In this document: piece after piece, positions 10,438-23,781 of the stretch
Layout of the letters: every line of letters starts with the position of its first letter
Position numbering within the stretch: position 1 is the first letter of the stretch
NCBI GenBank assembly: GCA_964617805.1
Contig: CAZTWK010000001.1
Coordinates: forward strand, 95,050 to 159,049
DNA from: an uncultured Fibrobacteraceae bacterium
GTDB lineage: Bacteria; Krumholzibacteriota; Krumholzibacteriia; LZORAL124-64-63
Direction: 5' to 3'
Length of the DNA: 64,000 bases
Made by a program: the position numbers and the translations under genes
Notes under the pieces: generated by a model
Told to the model about the DNA's origin: nothing
What the model saw: only the letters and a program-made list of their open reading frames with translations
Databases searched by the model: none

Positions 10438-11669
10438 TCCTCGCTCCCTTCGGGCGGCGGGACCGTGTCGGGGGGCGTCGTCGCCAGGCTGTCCAGGGCC
10501 GCGGTGTCGGGCGGGGCCGGCAGCGGCGGCTCCACCAGGCAGGGGCGCAGGGTGTCGGGCACGACCGGCAGCGCGTGGAAGAGGTCCAGGCCGGGCTCGA
10601 TCTCCAGGGGCTCCTCGGTGACGTAGGGCTCCCAGCGCCAGAGCACCGTGTCGGGGACGGCCGTGGAGTCGGGCAGGGCCCCGAGCAGGCTGTCGCCGTC
10701 CAGGTCGGCGAAGAGGATCAGGCGCACGGGACCCGGGCCGGCCTTGTCGAAGACGGTGGTGTCCCCCGCGGTGACGGCGACCTGGTCCGGCGGCGGTGCA
10801 GGGAGGTGGGCCGGCGCGTAGCCCGTGTCGCTCTCGGCGATCTTGACGGTCCAGCCGAAGAGCGCGCGGCCGGCGACGCTCAGGCTGTCGGTCGTGCCGA
10901 GCACACGGCCCGGCGTGCGCGGGCTGAAGATGATGTGTTCGCCCGCCTCGGCCGTCGGCGCCTCGGCCGTGAGTGAGATCTCAACCGGCAGCAGGCGCTG
11001 GGCCTCGTTGTCGCCCGGACGCAGGTCGCCGTTGAGGTCGTCGAAGACGCGCAGCAGGTACGGACCGCCCGGCACGGGCAGCCAGTCCAGGACGAAGCGG
11101 CCGCTGCTGTCGGCCGCGGCCCGGCGCAGGATGTCCTGGCGGAAGTACTCGAGGGTGTCGGGCGGCACGGGATAGAGTTCCAGCACGGCGCCGGCGGCGG
11201 GGCCCTCCTCCAGGGCGAGACGTCCGCGGATCTCCCCCGGCGGCAGGCTGTCGGCGGTGGCCAGGGGAAAGAGGTAGCCGCGCTCGCTCCGCACGCGGTG
11301 CACGTCGGCGTGGCCCGGCGGGATCTCCACCACCAGCACCGTGTCCGGCGGCAGCGTCTCGCGGAAGGTAATGACGGCGCGCCGGCGTCCCTTCCACTTG
11401 GTGCTCTCGACCTCCAGCGGCGGGTAGAAGTAAACGAAGCGCTGGGCCTGGGCCGGGTCCACCTTCTCGGAGAAGGTGATCTCGACGCGGCGCAGGTCCG
11501 CCAGGCCCACCGAGCCCGAATCGGGCAGCAGCGCCACGACCGTGGGCGGGGTGAGGTCCTCGGGCCCGCCGCGCGGGGGCTCCATGGTGGCGCAGGCGGC
11601 CGCCAGGCAGCTCAGCAGGGCGAGGGCCGCGGTCACGGCTCTCCCCCCGCGGATGCGGCCGCCGGCCAC
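10434..11669 (-). CDS. Ig-like-domain lipoprotein, function unknown
   Basis: Signal peptide with lipobox (ALALLSCLAAAC); Pro/Asp-rich beta-sandwich-like repeats. Sits between argF and dapF with 4-nt overlaps, so it is co-transcribed. An alternative internal GTG start (MTAALALLSC...) exists. Confidence 0.6.
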   Translation of the reverse strand: MAGGRIRGGRAVTAALALLSCLAAACATMEPPRGGPEDLTPPTVVALLPDSGSVGLADLRRVEITFSEKVDPAQAQRFVYFYPPLEVESTKWKGRRRAVITFRETLPPDTVLVVEIPPGHADVHRVRSERGYLFPLATADSLPPGEIRGRLALEEGPAAGAVLELYPVPPDTLEYFRQDILRRAAADSSGRFVLDWLPVPGGPYLLRVFDDLNGDLRPGDNEAQRLLPVEISLTAEAPTAEAGEHIIFSPRTPGRVLGTTDSLSVAGRALFGWTVKIAESDTGYAPAHLPAPPPDQVAVTAGDTTVFDKAGPGPVRLILFADLDGDSLLGALPDSTAVPDTVLWRWEPYVTEEPLEIEPGLDLFHALPVVPDTLRPCLVEPPLPAPPDTAALDSLATTPPDTVPPPEGSEE

Positions 11670-11671
11670 GC

Positions 11672-12589
11672 CTAGTCCACCAGCAGGGCGACGATCGCCC
11701 GTTGGATGTGCAGGCGGTTCTCGGCCTCGTCGAAGACCGCCGAGTGGGGACCGTCCATGACCTCGTCGGTGATCTCCTCCCCGCGGTGGGCGGGCAGGCA
11801 GTGCAGCACGATGTGGTCGTCGTGGGCGGCCTTGAGCAGGTCGGCCGTGATCTGGAAGGGCGCGAAATCCTGGCGCCGCTTCTTGGCCTCCTCCTCCTGG
11901 CCCATGCTGTAGAAGGCGTCGCTGTAGATGACGTCGGCGCCGTCGATCGCGGCCTGCGCATCGTTCATGATGCAGTAGGACGCCCCGTCGCGCTCGGCGG
12001 CGGCCATGATCTCCTTGTCGGGCTCGTAGCCCTCGGGGCAGGCCAGCACGAAGTTGAAGGGGAAGCGCCGGGCGGCGTTGAGCCAGCTGTTGGCCAGGTT
12101 GTTGCCGTCGCCCACCATGACCACCGTCTTGTTCTCGATGGTGCCCAGGCGCTCCTCGACGGTCAGGATGTCGCCCATCACCTGGCAGGGATGCAGCAGG
12201 TCGGTCAAGCCGTTGATCACCGGCACGGTGGCGTGCTCGGCCAGCTGGTCCACCTCGCCCTGGTCGAACCAGCGGATCATGATGCCGTCGACGAAGCGGC
12301 TCAGCACCTGGGCCACGTCGTAGACCGACTCGCGCGTGCCCATGCCGATCTCCTTGTCCGTGATGAACAGGGAGTTGCCGCCCAGCTGCTGCATGGCGGT
12401 CTCGAAGCTGACGCGCGTCCGCAGACTCGGCTTGGCGAAGACGCAGGCCAGGGTCCGGTTGGGATGGGTGTGCGGCAGTTCGTGACGGCGGGCCAGCGGC
12501 TTCTGTTCCTTGGCCAGTTCGAGTATGCCGCGCAACTCCTCCGGCGAGAACCTGTCGATCGACAGGAAGTCCTTCTGTCCGAGCTTCAT
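11672..12589 (-). CDS. argF: ornithine carbamoyltransferase
   Basis: SLRTRVSFE carbamoyl-phosphate-binding motif, HCLPAHRGEE and FYSMG(QE) ornithine-binding motifs. GAGGAGG SD upstream of the ATG. Confidence 0.85.
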   Translation of the reverse strand: MKLGQKDFLSIDRFSPEELRGILELAKEQKPLARRHELPHTHPNRTLACVFAKPSLRTRVSFETAMQQLGGNSLFITDKEIGMGTRESVYDVAQVLSRFVDGIMIRWFDQGEVDQLAEHATVPVINGLTDLLHPCQVMGDILTVEERLGTIENKTVVMVGDGNNLANSWLNAARRFPFNFVLACPEGYEPDKEIMAAAERDGASYCIMNDAQAAIDGADVIYSDAFYSMGQEEEAKKRRQDFAPFQITADLLKAAHDDHIVLHCLPAHRGEEITDEVMDGPHSAVFDEAENRLHIQRAIVALLVD

Positions 12590-12634
12590 CTTGCCTCCTC
12601 GCGGGATCCCGTCCCGCCGCCGCCCCGTGGCGGA

Positions 12635-13983
<1,349 letters not shown>

Positions 13984-13987
<4 letters not shown>

Positions 13988-14532
13988 GTCGACTCCTCGT
14001 CCAGCGTCAGCAGGCTGACGCGGTCGTTGGTGTAGATGCAGATCTCGCCGGCCAGGGCCATGGCCTCGCGGCAGACGTCGGCGGCGGCGAGTTCGGTGTG
14101 GCGCAGGAGCGCCCGCGCCGAGGCGAGGGCGTAGGGCGCGCCGGAGCCCACCGCCGCGCTCCCCTCCTCCCCTTCGATGACGTCGCCGTTGCCGGAGACG
14201 GTGAAGATCGCCTCGGCGTCCATCACCAGCAGCATGGCCTCCAGGCGGCGCAGGATGCGGTCGTTGCGCCACTCGCGCGCCAGCTCCACCGTGGCGCGGC
14301 GCAGGTTGCCGCGGTAGCGCTCCAGGTGGCCCTCGAACTTCTCGAAGAGGGTCAGGGCGTCGGCGGCGCCGCCGGCGAAGCCGACCAGCACCTTGTCGTC
14401 GAAGAGGGTGCGCACCTTGACCGCGCCGTGCTTGGCCACGGTCTCGCCCATGGTCACCTGGCCGTCGCTGGCCATGGCGCCCTTGCCGTCGCGCAGGACG
14501 GCCAGCACCGTCGTGGATCGAAGTCTCTTCAT
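13984..14532 (-). CDS. hslV: ATP-dependent protease subunit HslV
   Basis: TTVLAVLRDGKGAMASDGQVTMGETV... with N-terminal Thr nucleophile after a short leader; 182 aa. Confidence 0.85.
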
Positions 14533-14545
14533 GTCCGTCCTTCGC

Positions 14546-15529
14546 CTAGCGCTCGTCCGAGCGCGGATGGGCCTTGCGGAACGCCTCGCGCAAGCGGGCC
14601 CGTGAAAGATGTGTGTAGATCTGGGTCGTCGCCAGGTGCTCGTGCCCCAGCAGCTCCTGGACGGCCCGGATGCCCGCCCCGCCGTCGAGCAGGTGCGAGG
14701 CGAAGCTGTGCCGCAGGGCGTGGGGCGAGATGCCCCGCAGCCCCGCCAGCTGGCCGGCGTGGTGGGCCACCCGCTGCTGCACCGTGCGGGGCGCGATGCG
14801 CCGTCCCCGCCGGCCCTCGAAGACCGGACGCCGGGCGTCGGCCGCCGACAGGTTCCCGTCCAGCAGGGCCAGATGGACCGCCGGCTCGAGCAGGCCCTCC
14901 AGGTGCGCGCGCAGCCGGTGCGCCGTGATCCCGAGCAGGGGCAGGACGCGTTCCTTGTTCCCCTTGCCCAGCACGCGCACCCGCTCCGAGGCGAAGTCCA
15001 GGTCCCCTAGGTTCAGTCCCACCACCTCGGCCAGGCGCAGGCCCAGGCCGTAGAGCGCTTCCAGGATGGCGCGGTCGCGGCGGCCGCGGGGATGCTCGGC
15101 GTCCGGCGTTTCCAGCAGGGCCTCGATCAGCTCCTCGCTCAGGTCGCGCGGGAGTCTACGCCCGCGGCCGGCGGAGGTTCCGCGGGCCAGGGTCTCCGGC
15201 ACGGCCGACAGGACGCCCGCCAGCTGCAGGTAGCGGGCGAAGGCGCGGATGGCCGCGATCTGCCGGGCCACGGTGCTCTGGGCGCGGCCTCGGCGGCGCA
15301 GCAGGGCCAGGTGGTCGCGCACGGCGCTGCGCGCGGCGAAGAGGTCGCGCCAGTCGTCGTCCCCGGGGTTCTCGGGCAGGTGGCCCTGGTCGCGGCTGGT
15401 GGCGAGGAACTGGGACAGGTCGCGCCGGTAGGCGTCGATGGTGCGCGCACTGGCCCCCTTCTCGATCTCCAGATGCCGCAGGAATGCCGTGAAATGGTCC
15501 ATGGACGCCTCCCGGCGAGAATCTATCAC
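14546..15529 (-). CDS. xerC: tyrosine recombinase XerC
   Basis: HALRHSFASHLLDGGAGIRAVQELLGHEHLATTQIYTHL catalytic region. Position between trmFO and hslV as codV/xerC in Bacillus. Alternative start at the second Met (15502, MDHFTAFLRHL). Confidence 0.8.
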   Translation of the reverse strand: MIDSRREASMDHFTAFLRHLEIEKGASARTIDAYRRDLSQFLATSRDQGHLPENPGDDDWRDLFAARSAVRDHLALLRRRGRAQSTVARQIAAIRAFARYLQLAGVLSAVPETLARGTSAGRGRRLPRDLSEELIEALLETPDAEHPRGRRDRAILEALYGLGLRLAEVVGLNLGDLDFASERVRVLGKGNKERVLPLLGITAHRLRAHLEGLLEPAVHLALLDGNLSAADARRPVFEGRRGRRIAPRTVQQRVAHHAGQLAGLRGISPHALRHSFASHLLDGGAGIRAVQELLGHEHLATTQIYTHLSRARLREAFRKAHPRSDER

Positions 15530-16887
15530 CGGGCTTCGGCGGCGGCAAGCAGACGCTGGGGCACGGGACCGTGCAGGTAGGTCGCGAGGCTGTCCAGGCT
15601 GCGCGCGCCCAGGGCCTCGCGACGGCGCTGGCGCGCCCCGCGCCCCCGCGGCGCGTCTGTCAGGGAGGGCAGCAGGCCGAAGTTGACGTTCATGGGCGTC
15701 AGGCGCGCGCCGGTGGCGTCGAAGAGGAAGCCGTGGAGCAGGGCGCCGAGGAGGGTGTCGCGGGGCCAGGGGGGCAGGGTTTCGCCGCGGCGCTCGGCCG
15801 CCAGGATCCAGGCGGTGGTCAGGCCCGAGGCGATGGATTCCACGTAGCCCTCCACGCCGGTGATCTGGCCCGCGAAGCGCAGGCGGCGGTCGGCGGGCAG
15901 GGCGAAGGCGCGGTCCAGCACGCGGGGCGTGTCCAGGTAGAAGTTGCGGTGGAGCTGGCCGTAGCGGACGAACTCGGCCCGTTCCAGGCCGGGGATCATG
16001 CGGAAGACGCGCCGCTGCTCGCCGCGCTTGAGGCGGGTCTGGAAGCCCACCAGGCCGTAGAGGGTGCCCTCGCGGTTCTCCTGCCGCAACTGGACCACGG
16101 CGCGGGGGCGCGCGCCGCCGCGCGGATCCGCCAGTCCCACCGGACGCAGGGGGCCGAAGGCCAGGGTGTCGACGCCGCTGTCGGCGATCTCCTCCAGGGG
16201 CTGGCAGCCGGCGAAGAGGTGGTCGCGGTCGAAGTCGTGGACCTCGGCGCGTTCGGCGCCGACCAGGGCCGCGTGGAAGGCGGCGTAGGTCTCGACGTCC
16301 AGGGCCGCGTTCAGGTAGTCGGCCTCCCCCTTGTCGTAGCGGGCCGCGCGGTAGAGCACGTCCAGGTCGAGGGACGCCAGGGTGACCGTGGGCGCGATGG
16401 CGTCGAAGAAGTGCAGGCCCGCGCCGCCGGTCAGGCCTTCCAGGCGCGCCCGCAGATCGGCGGAGGTCAGGGGGCCCGTGGCGACGATCCAGTCGGCTCC
16501 GTCCTCGTCCGGCGCCACCACCTCAGCGCGCGCGATCTCGACGAGGGGTTCGGCGTCGAGGCGGGCGGCCACCTCTGCCGAGAAGAGGGCCTTGTCCACG
16601 GCCAGGGCGGCGCCCGCGGGCACCGCGCAGCGCCGCGCCGCCTCCAGCAGGCGGCAGCCGGCGGCGTCCAGCTCGGCCTTCAACAGGCCCGAGGCGGTGG
16701 AGGGCACGACGCTCTTGAGGGAGTTGCTGCAGACGATCTGGGCCAGGCTGTCGCCCCGGTGGACGGGCGTCTCGCGGACGGGGCGCATCTCGTGCAGGAC
16801 GACCGGGATGCCGAACCGCGCCAGTTGCAGGGCCGCCTCGCACCCGGCCAGCCCGCCGCCGGCCACGTGCACGACGTCCCGCGTCAT
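15526..16887 (-). CDS. trmFO: methylenetetrahydrofolate--tRNA-(uracil-5-)-methyltransferase TrmFO (Gid)
   Basis: FAD-binding VHVAGGGLAGCEAALQLAR; GidA-related but ~450 aa; located directly downstream of topA as in Firmicutes. Confidence 0.8.
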   Translation of the reverse strand: MTRDVVHVAGGGLAGCEAALQLARFGIPVVLHEMRPVRETPVHRGDSLAQIVCSNSLKSVVPSTASGLLKAELDAAGCRLLEAARRCAVPAGAALAVDKALFSAEVAARLDAEPLVEIARAEVVAPDEDGADWIVATGPLTSADLRARLEGLTGGAGLHFFDAIAPTVTLASLDLDVLYRAARYDKGEADYLNAALDVETYAAFHAALVGAERAEVHDFDRDHLFAGCQPLEEIADSGVDTLAFGPLRPVGLADPRGGARPRAVVQLRQENREGTLYGLVGFQTRLKRGEQRRVFRMIPGLERAEFVRYGQLHRNFYLDTPRVLDRAFALPADRRLRFAGQITGVEGYVESIASGLTTAWILAAERRGETLPPWPRDTLLGALLHGFLFDATGARLTPMNVNFGLLPSLTDAPRGRGARQRRREALGARSLDSLATYLHGPVPQRLLAAAEAR

Positions 16888-19559
16888 CAGGTCTTCTTCT
16901 TCCGGACGGTCTTCTTGGCGGCCTTCTTCTTCGCGGTCTTCCTGGTCGTCTTCTTCGCCGTCTTCTTCTTGGCGGCCTTCTTCTTGGTGGGCTTCTTGCG
17001 GGTCTTCTTCCGCTTCGAGGCCGCCTCGAGCATGACGAGGGCGTCCTCCACCGTGAGGTCGGCCGGGTCGTCGCCCTTGGGCAGCGACGCGTTGAACTTG
17101 CCGTCGGTCACGTAGGGACCGTAACGGCCCTTCAGGACCTGCAGCGCGACGCCCGTCTCGGGATGGGCGCCCACCTCGGCGAGGACCGTGCGCTTGTTCT
17201 TGTTGCGGATGCGCTCGAGGGCCTCCTCGAGGGTGATCGCGAAGAGAGTGGCCACGTTCTCCACGCTGGCGTAGACGCGGTCGCGCTCCACGTAGGGTCC
17301 GTAGCGGCCGAGACCCCGGCGGACGGGCTTGCCCGTCTCGGGATCCTCGCCGATGGTCTGCGGCAGCGCCAGGAGCTTACAGGCCAGGTCGAGGTCCACG
17401 TTGGCCGGGTCGGTGCCGCGGCCGAGGCTGACGCGCTTGGGCTTGGGCCCGTCGTCGACCACCTCGCCCAGCTGCAGGTAGGGGCCGTAGGGCCCGGTCA
17501 GCACGTAGATGGGCAGGCCGCTCTCGGGATCGTTGCCGATGGGCTCGCGCGAGCGGTCGCGGGCCTCCAGCAGCTCCGCGGCGCGCTCGGGGGTCAGCTC
17601 GTCGATGAGCAGGTCCACGGGCAGGGTGACCCGGCGCGCCTCGTCGCCCTGGCCGGACTGCACGTAGACGTAGTTGCGCCCGATGCGCACGCGCATGGGC
17701 CGGCCCGTCTGGGGATCGTCGCCGATGGGGATGTCGGGATACTCGATCAGGGGCAGCTCGCGCTCGATGGTCCTGGAGAGGCCGTCCTCCCCTTCGTTCC
17801 CCTTGTAGAAGCGGTCCAGGAAACCCTGGCGGTCCTTCTCGCCCGCGGCGATGGCGTCGAGACCCTCCTCCATGCGTGCGGTGAACTTGAGGTCGATGTA
17901 GTGGGCGAAGTGCCCGCGCAGGAGGTTGATCACGGCCATGCCCACGTAGGTGGGCAGCAGGGCGCCCTTCTTCTTCACCGCGTACTCGCGCTGCTGGATG
18001 GTGGAGATGGTCGGCGCGTAGGTCGACGGCCGGCCGATGCCCTCCTCCTCCAGGCGCTTGATCAGGGAGGCCTCGGTGAAACGGGCGACCGGCGTGGTGA
18101 CGTGCCGCAGGGGCTCGACGCCGGCCAGGGAGATCTCCCCGCCCGGCTCGCCGATCCCGGCGCCCTCGGCCATCTCGGGCAGCAGGCTGTCCTGGGCCGT
18201 GGCGCCGCTGACGCGGTAGAAGCCGGGGAAGCGCACCACCGAGCCGTTGGCCCGGAAGACCAGGTCGCGCCCGCCGCAGCGCGCGTGCAGGTCGATGGTG
18301 GTGCGGTCCAGCAGGGCGTCGGCCATCTGCGACGCGATGGCGCGCTGCCAGATCAGGCGGTAGAGGGCCAGCTCGTCCCGGTCCAGGTAGCGCGAGAGAG
18401 CGTCGGGCGTGCGCTGCATGTTGGTGGGCCGGATGGCCTCGTGGGCCTCCTGGGCCGCTTTCGACTTGGTGCGGTAGCGGCGCGGGCCGGCGGCGTACTC
18501 GGTGCCGAACTCGGCGCGGATGAAGGCGTCAGCCGCCTGCAGCGCCTGCTCGCTCATGTTCAGCGAATCGGTCCGCATGTAGGTGATCAGGCCCTCGCGG
18601 GATCCGCCCAGGTCGACGCCCTCGTAGAGCCGCTGCGCCACCTGCATGGCGCGGCGCGGCGAGAGGCCCAGGCGCGAGCTGGCGGCCTGCTGCAGGGTCG
18701 AGGTGATGAAGGGCGGCGAGGGACGCTTGCGCGTCTCCTTGCGGGTGACCGTGCCCACGCGCCAGGGCAGGGCCTCGGCGCTCTCGCCGGCGAGGGCGCG
18801 GGCTCCGGCCTCGTCGAGGTGGGCCAGGGTGTCCTTGCGCAGCAGGCCGGTCTCGGGATCGAAGTCCTTGCCCGCGGCCAGCCGGCGTCCGTCCAGCTCG
18901 ACCAGGCGCGCCGAGAAGGGATTGCCGCCGGCGCTCAGGGTCGCCTCCAGATCCCAGTACTCGGCCTCCTTGAAGCGCAGGCGGGCCTCCTCGAGCTCCA
19001 CGATCAGACGCAGGGCCACGCTCTGCACGCGGCCGGCGCTGAGTTTGGTGCGCACCTTCTTCCACAGCACCGGCGACAGTGAGTAGCCGAAGAGGCGGTC
19101 GAGGATGCGTCGGCCCTCCTGGGCGCGCACGACCGAGAGGTCCACGTCCCGCGGCGAGGCCAGGGCCTTCTCGATGGCCGGCCGGGTGATCTCGTGGAAG
19201 GTGATGCGCTTGACGGGGATCTTGGGCTTGAGCACCTCGAGCACGTGCCAGCTGATGGCCTCGCCCTCGCGGTCCTCGTCCGTGGCCAGCAGCAGTTCCT
19301 CGGCGCCCTTCATGAGCTTGCGCAGGGCCGCCACGTGCTTCTTGCTCTCGGTGCCGATGACGTAGATGGGGCTGTAATCCGTGGTGAAGTCGACGCCGTA
19401 GGAGGCCCAGGCCTTCTTGCGCAGGGCGGCGGGGATCTCGGCGGCCCGGCTGGGCAGGTCGCGGATGTGGCCGTAGCTGGCCGCGACGCTGTAGTCCTTC
19501 CCCAGGAACTTCTCGATGGTGCGGGCCTTGGCCGGGGATTCGACGATGATCAGCTTCAA
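16887..19559 (-). CDS. topA: DNA topoisomerase I with lysine-rich C-terminal tail
   Basis: Toprim N-terminus MKLIIVESPAKARTIEKFLG, catalytic Tyr domain, Zn-ribbon-like repeats. C-terminal ~45 aa is KKKTRKKPTKKKAAKKKTAKK... encoded by a low-complexity AAG/CTT-rich stretch (16890..17040). Confidence 0.9.
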   Translation of the reverse strand: MKLIIVESPAKARTIEKFLGKDYSVAASYGHIRDLPSRAAEIPAALRKKAWASYGVDFTTDYSPIYVIGTESKKHVAALRKLMKGAEELLLATDEDREGEAISWHVLEVLKPKIPVKRITFHEITRPAIEKALASPRDVDLSVVRAQEGRRILDRLFGYSLSPVLWKKVRTKLSAGRVQSVALRLIVELEEARLRFKEAEYWDLEATLSAGGNPFSARLVELDGRRLAAGKDFDPETGLLRKDTLAHLDEAGARALAGESAEALPWRVGTVTRKETRKRPSPPFITSTLQQAASSRLGLSPRRAMQVAQRLYEGVDLGGSREGLITYMRTDSLNMSEQALQAADAFIRAEFGTEYAAGPRRYRTKSKAAQEAHEAIRPTNMQRTPDALSRYLDRDELALYRLIWQRAIASQMADALLDRTTIDLHARCGGRDLVFRANGSVVRFPGFYRVSGATAQDSLLPEMAEGAGIGEPGGEISLAGVEPLRHVTTPVARFTEASLIKRLEEEGIGRPSTYAPTISTIQQREYAVKKKGALLPTYVGMAVINLLRGHFAHYIDLKFTARMEEGLDAIAAGEKDRQGFLDRFYKGNEGEDGLSRTIERELPLIEYPDIPIGDDPQTGRPMRVRIGRNYVYVQSGQGDEARRVTLPVDLLIDELTPERAAELLEARDRSREPIGNDPESGLPIYVLTGPYGPYLQLGEVVDDGPKPKRVSLGRGTDPANVDLDLACKLLALPQTIGEDPETGKPVRRGLGRYGPYVERDRVYASVENVATLFAITLEEALERIRNKNKRTVLAEVGAHPETGVALQVLKGRYGPYVTDGKFNASLPKGDDPADLTVEDALVMLEAASKRKKTRKKPTKKKAAKKKTAKKTTRKTAKKKAAKKTVRKKKT

Positions 19560-19581
19560 ACCGACTCCTCTTGCGCCGCGC

Positions 19582-19920
19582 TCAATTGGGACGCGAATCG
19601 TTGCTCCAGTCCTGCGTCTCCTCCTCGTCGGGGAAGGCGAAGATGAGATGGTCCAGGAGTTCCTCCACCTCCACCCGCTCCAGGGGCGCGCCGCCCATCT
19701 GGGAGGCGTAGTGGATGATCAGCTCCCGCTGCTCGTTGGGCAGCTCGCCGCGCCGGCTCAGCTCGAGCAGGTAGCCCCGCGCTTCCGGGGACAGCGCGTG
19801 CTGCTCCAGGGCGTCGAAATGGCGGATGCCACGGGCGCCGTCGTCCAGGCGTCCGGGCTGGGCGTCGTCGTGGAGCATGTGGATCAGCAGTTGCCTAACC
19901 CTGTCGCTGAATCTGTTCAC
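19582..19920 (-). CDS. Smg-like protein (DUF494 family), hypothetical
   Basis: ...IRHFDALEQHALSPEARGYLLELSRRGELPNEQRELIIHY resembles the Smg core (RIYTPEE..RGFLLFLEQ..LNLETRE.VIE). Start re-called to GTG 19920 with GGGAGG 6 nt upstream; track start 19992 also possible. Immediately upstream of topA. Confidence 0.5.
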   Translation of the reverse strand: MNRFSDRVRQLLIHMLHDDAQPGRLDDGARGIRHFDALEQHALSPEARGYLLELSRRGELPNEQRELIIHYASQMGGAPLERVEVEELLDHLIFAFPDEEETQDWSNDSRPN

Positions 19921-20005
19921 CGCGTCCTCCCGACCCGGGGGGCGAAATCCGAGCAAGTCGAAAACGCTAGCACAGGGCGGGCCGCGCCGCAAGTTCGCTC
20001 GTTCC

Positions 20006-23041
<3,036 letters not shown>

Positions 23042-23075
23042 TTCCCTCTATGGCCGGCCGGGCCGGCGAAATGGT

Positions 23076-23756
23076 CTACACGAACCAGGTGTCGCAGAAC
23101 TGGATGACCGCGGCAGTGGCCAGGGGCATCGTCAGGTTGTCCCAGCGCCCGGGGGTCCAGCGCTCCATGGACGCCGAGGCGATCCCGCCGGCCACCGTCA
23201 GCAGCAGCGACGCGTCGCTGACCAGGGCGATGACCAGCATGGAGACCACGAAACAGGCCGTGGTGCCGACCCAGGTCTTGCTGCCCCGCTTGCGGACCAC
23301 GGGCGCCCGCGAGCCGTCCGCCTGCTCGAGGCCGAGCTGCTGACGCCGGAAGGACACGGACTGGCCCACGATGGCCGCCGCCGAGTCGCCCCAGGCCAGG
23401 CACAGGATGCCCGCCGCCGCCGGCACCGCCGGGAAGAGGAACGACGCGATGGTGGCGCCGATCATCATCACCGAACCGCCCGACAGGGTGTGGCGCTCGT
23501 CGCGCCGGAAGATAAGGGGAAAGGTGCGATAGCACCAGAGGGCCCAGCGCTTGGCGGCCAGGCGCGCGAAGTCCACGGTGATGATGAAGACGGTCGCGGA
23601 CGCCAGTCCGATGGTGCAGACAGGGTCGTCCACCAGCAGCACCCACACCGCCAGGATCGACGAGGACATGTGGATGGCCTTGCGTCCCCACTCGACGCTC
23701 TCGCGCCAGGTGCGCGGCGGCGGAGTCTTGTCCGGGCTGGGCTTCGGGTCGGTCAT
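23076..23756 (-). CDS. polytopic membrane protein, CTP-transferase family (CdsA / dolichol-kinase / phytol-kinase-like)
   Basis: Several TM helices and the family motif LAWGDSAAAIVGQ. Start re-called to ATG 23756 (MTDPKP...); track ORF extends to 23834. Confidence 0.5.
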   Translation of the reverse strand: MTDPKPSPDKTPPPRTWRESVEWGRKAIHMSSSILAVWVLLVDDPVCTIGLASATVFIITVDFARLAAKRWALWCYRTFPLIFRRDERHTLSGGSVMMIGATIASFLFPAVPAAAGILCLAWGDSAAAIVGQSVSFRRQQLGLEQADGSRAPVVRKRGSKTWVGTTACFVVSMLVIALVSDASLLLTVAGGIASASMERWTPGRWDNLTMPLATAAVIQFCDTWFV

Positions 23757-23781
23757 ATCCTCGGTTCCCTGGCGGTGCACA

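Noticed and set aside
16890-17040. Repetitive CTTCTT/GGCGGC tract that could be mistaken for a CRISPR array or mobile-element repeat
   Set aside because: It is in-frame coding sequence for the lysine-rich C-terminal tail of TopA; no spacer/repeat periodicity.
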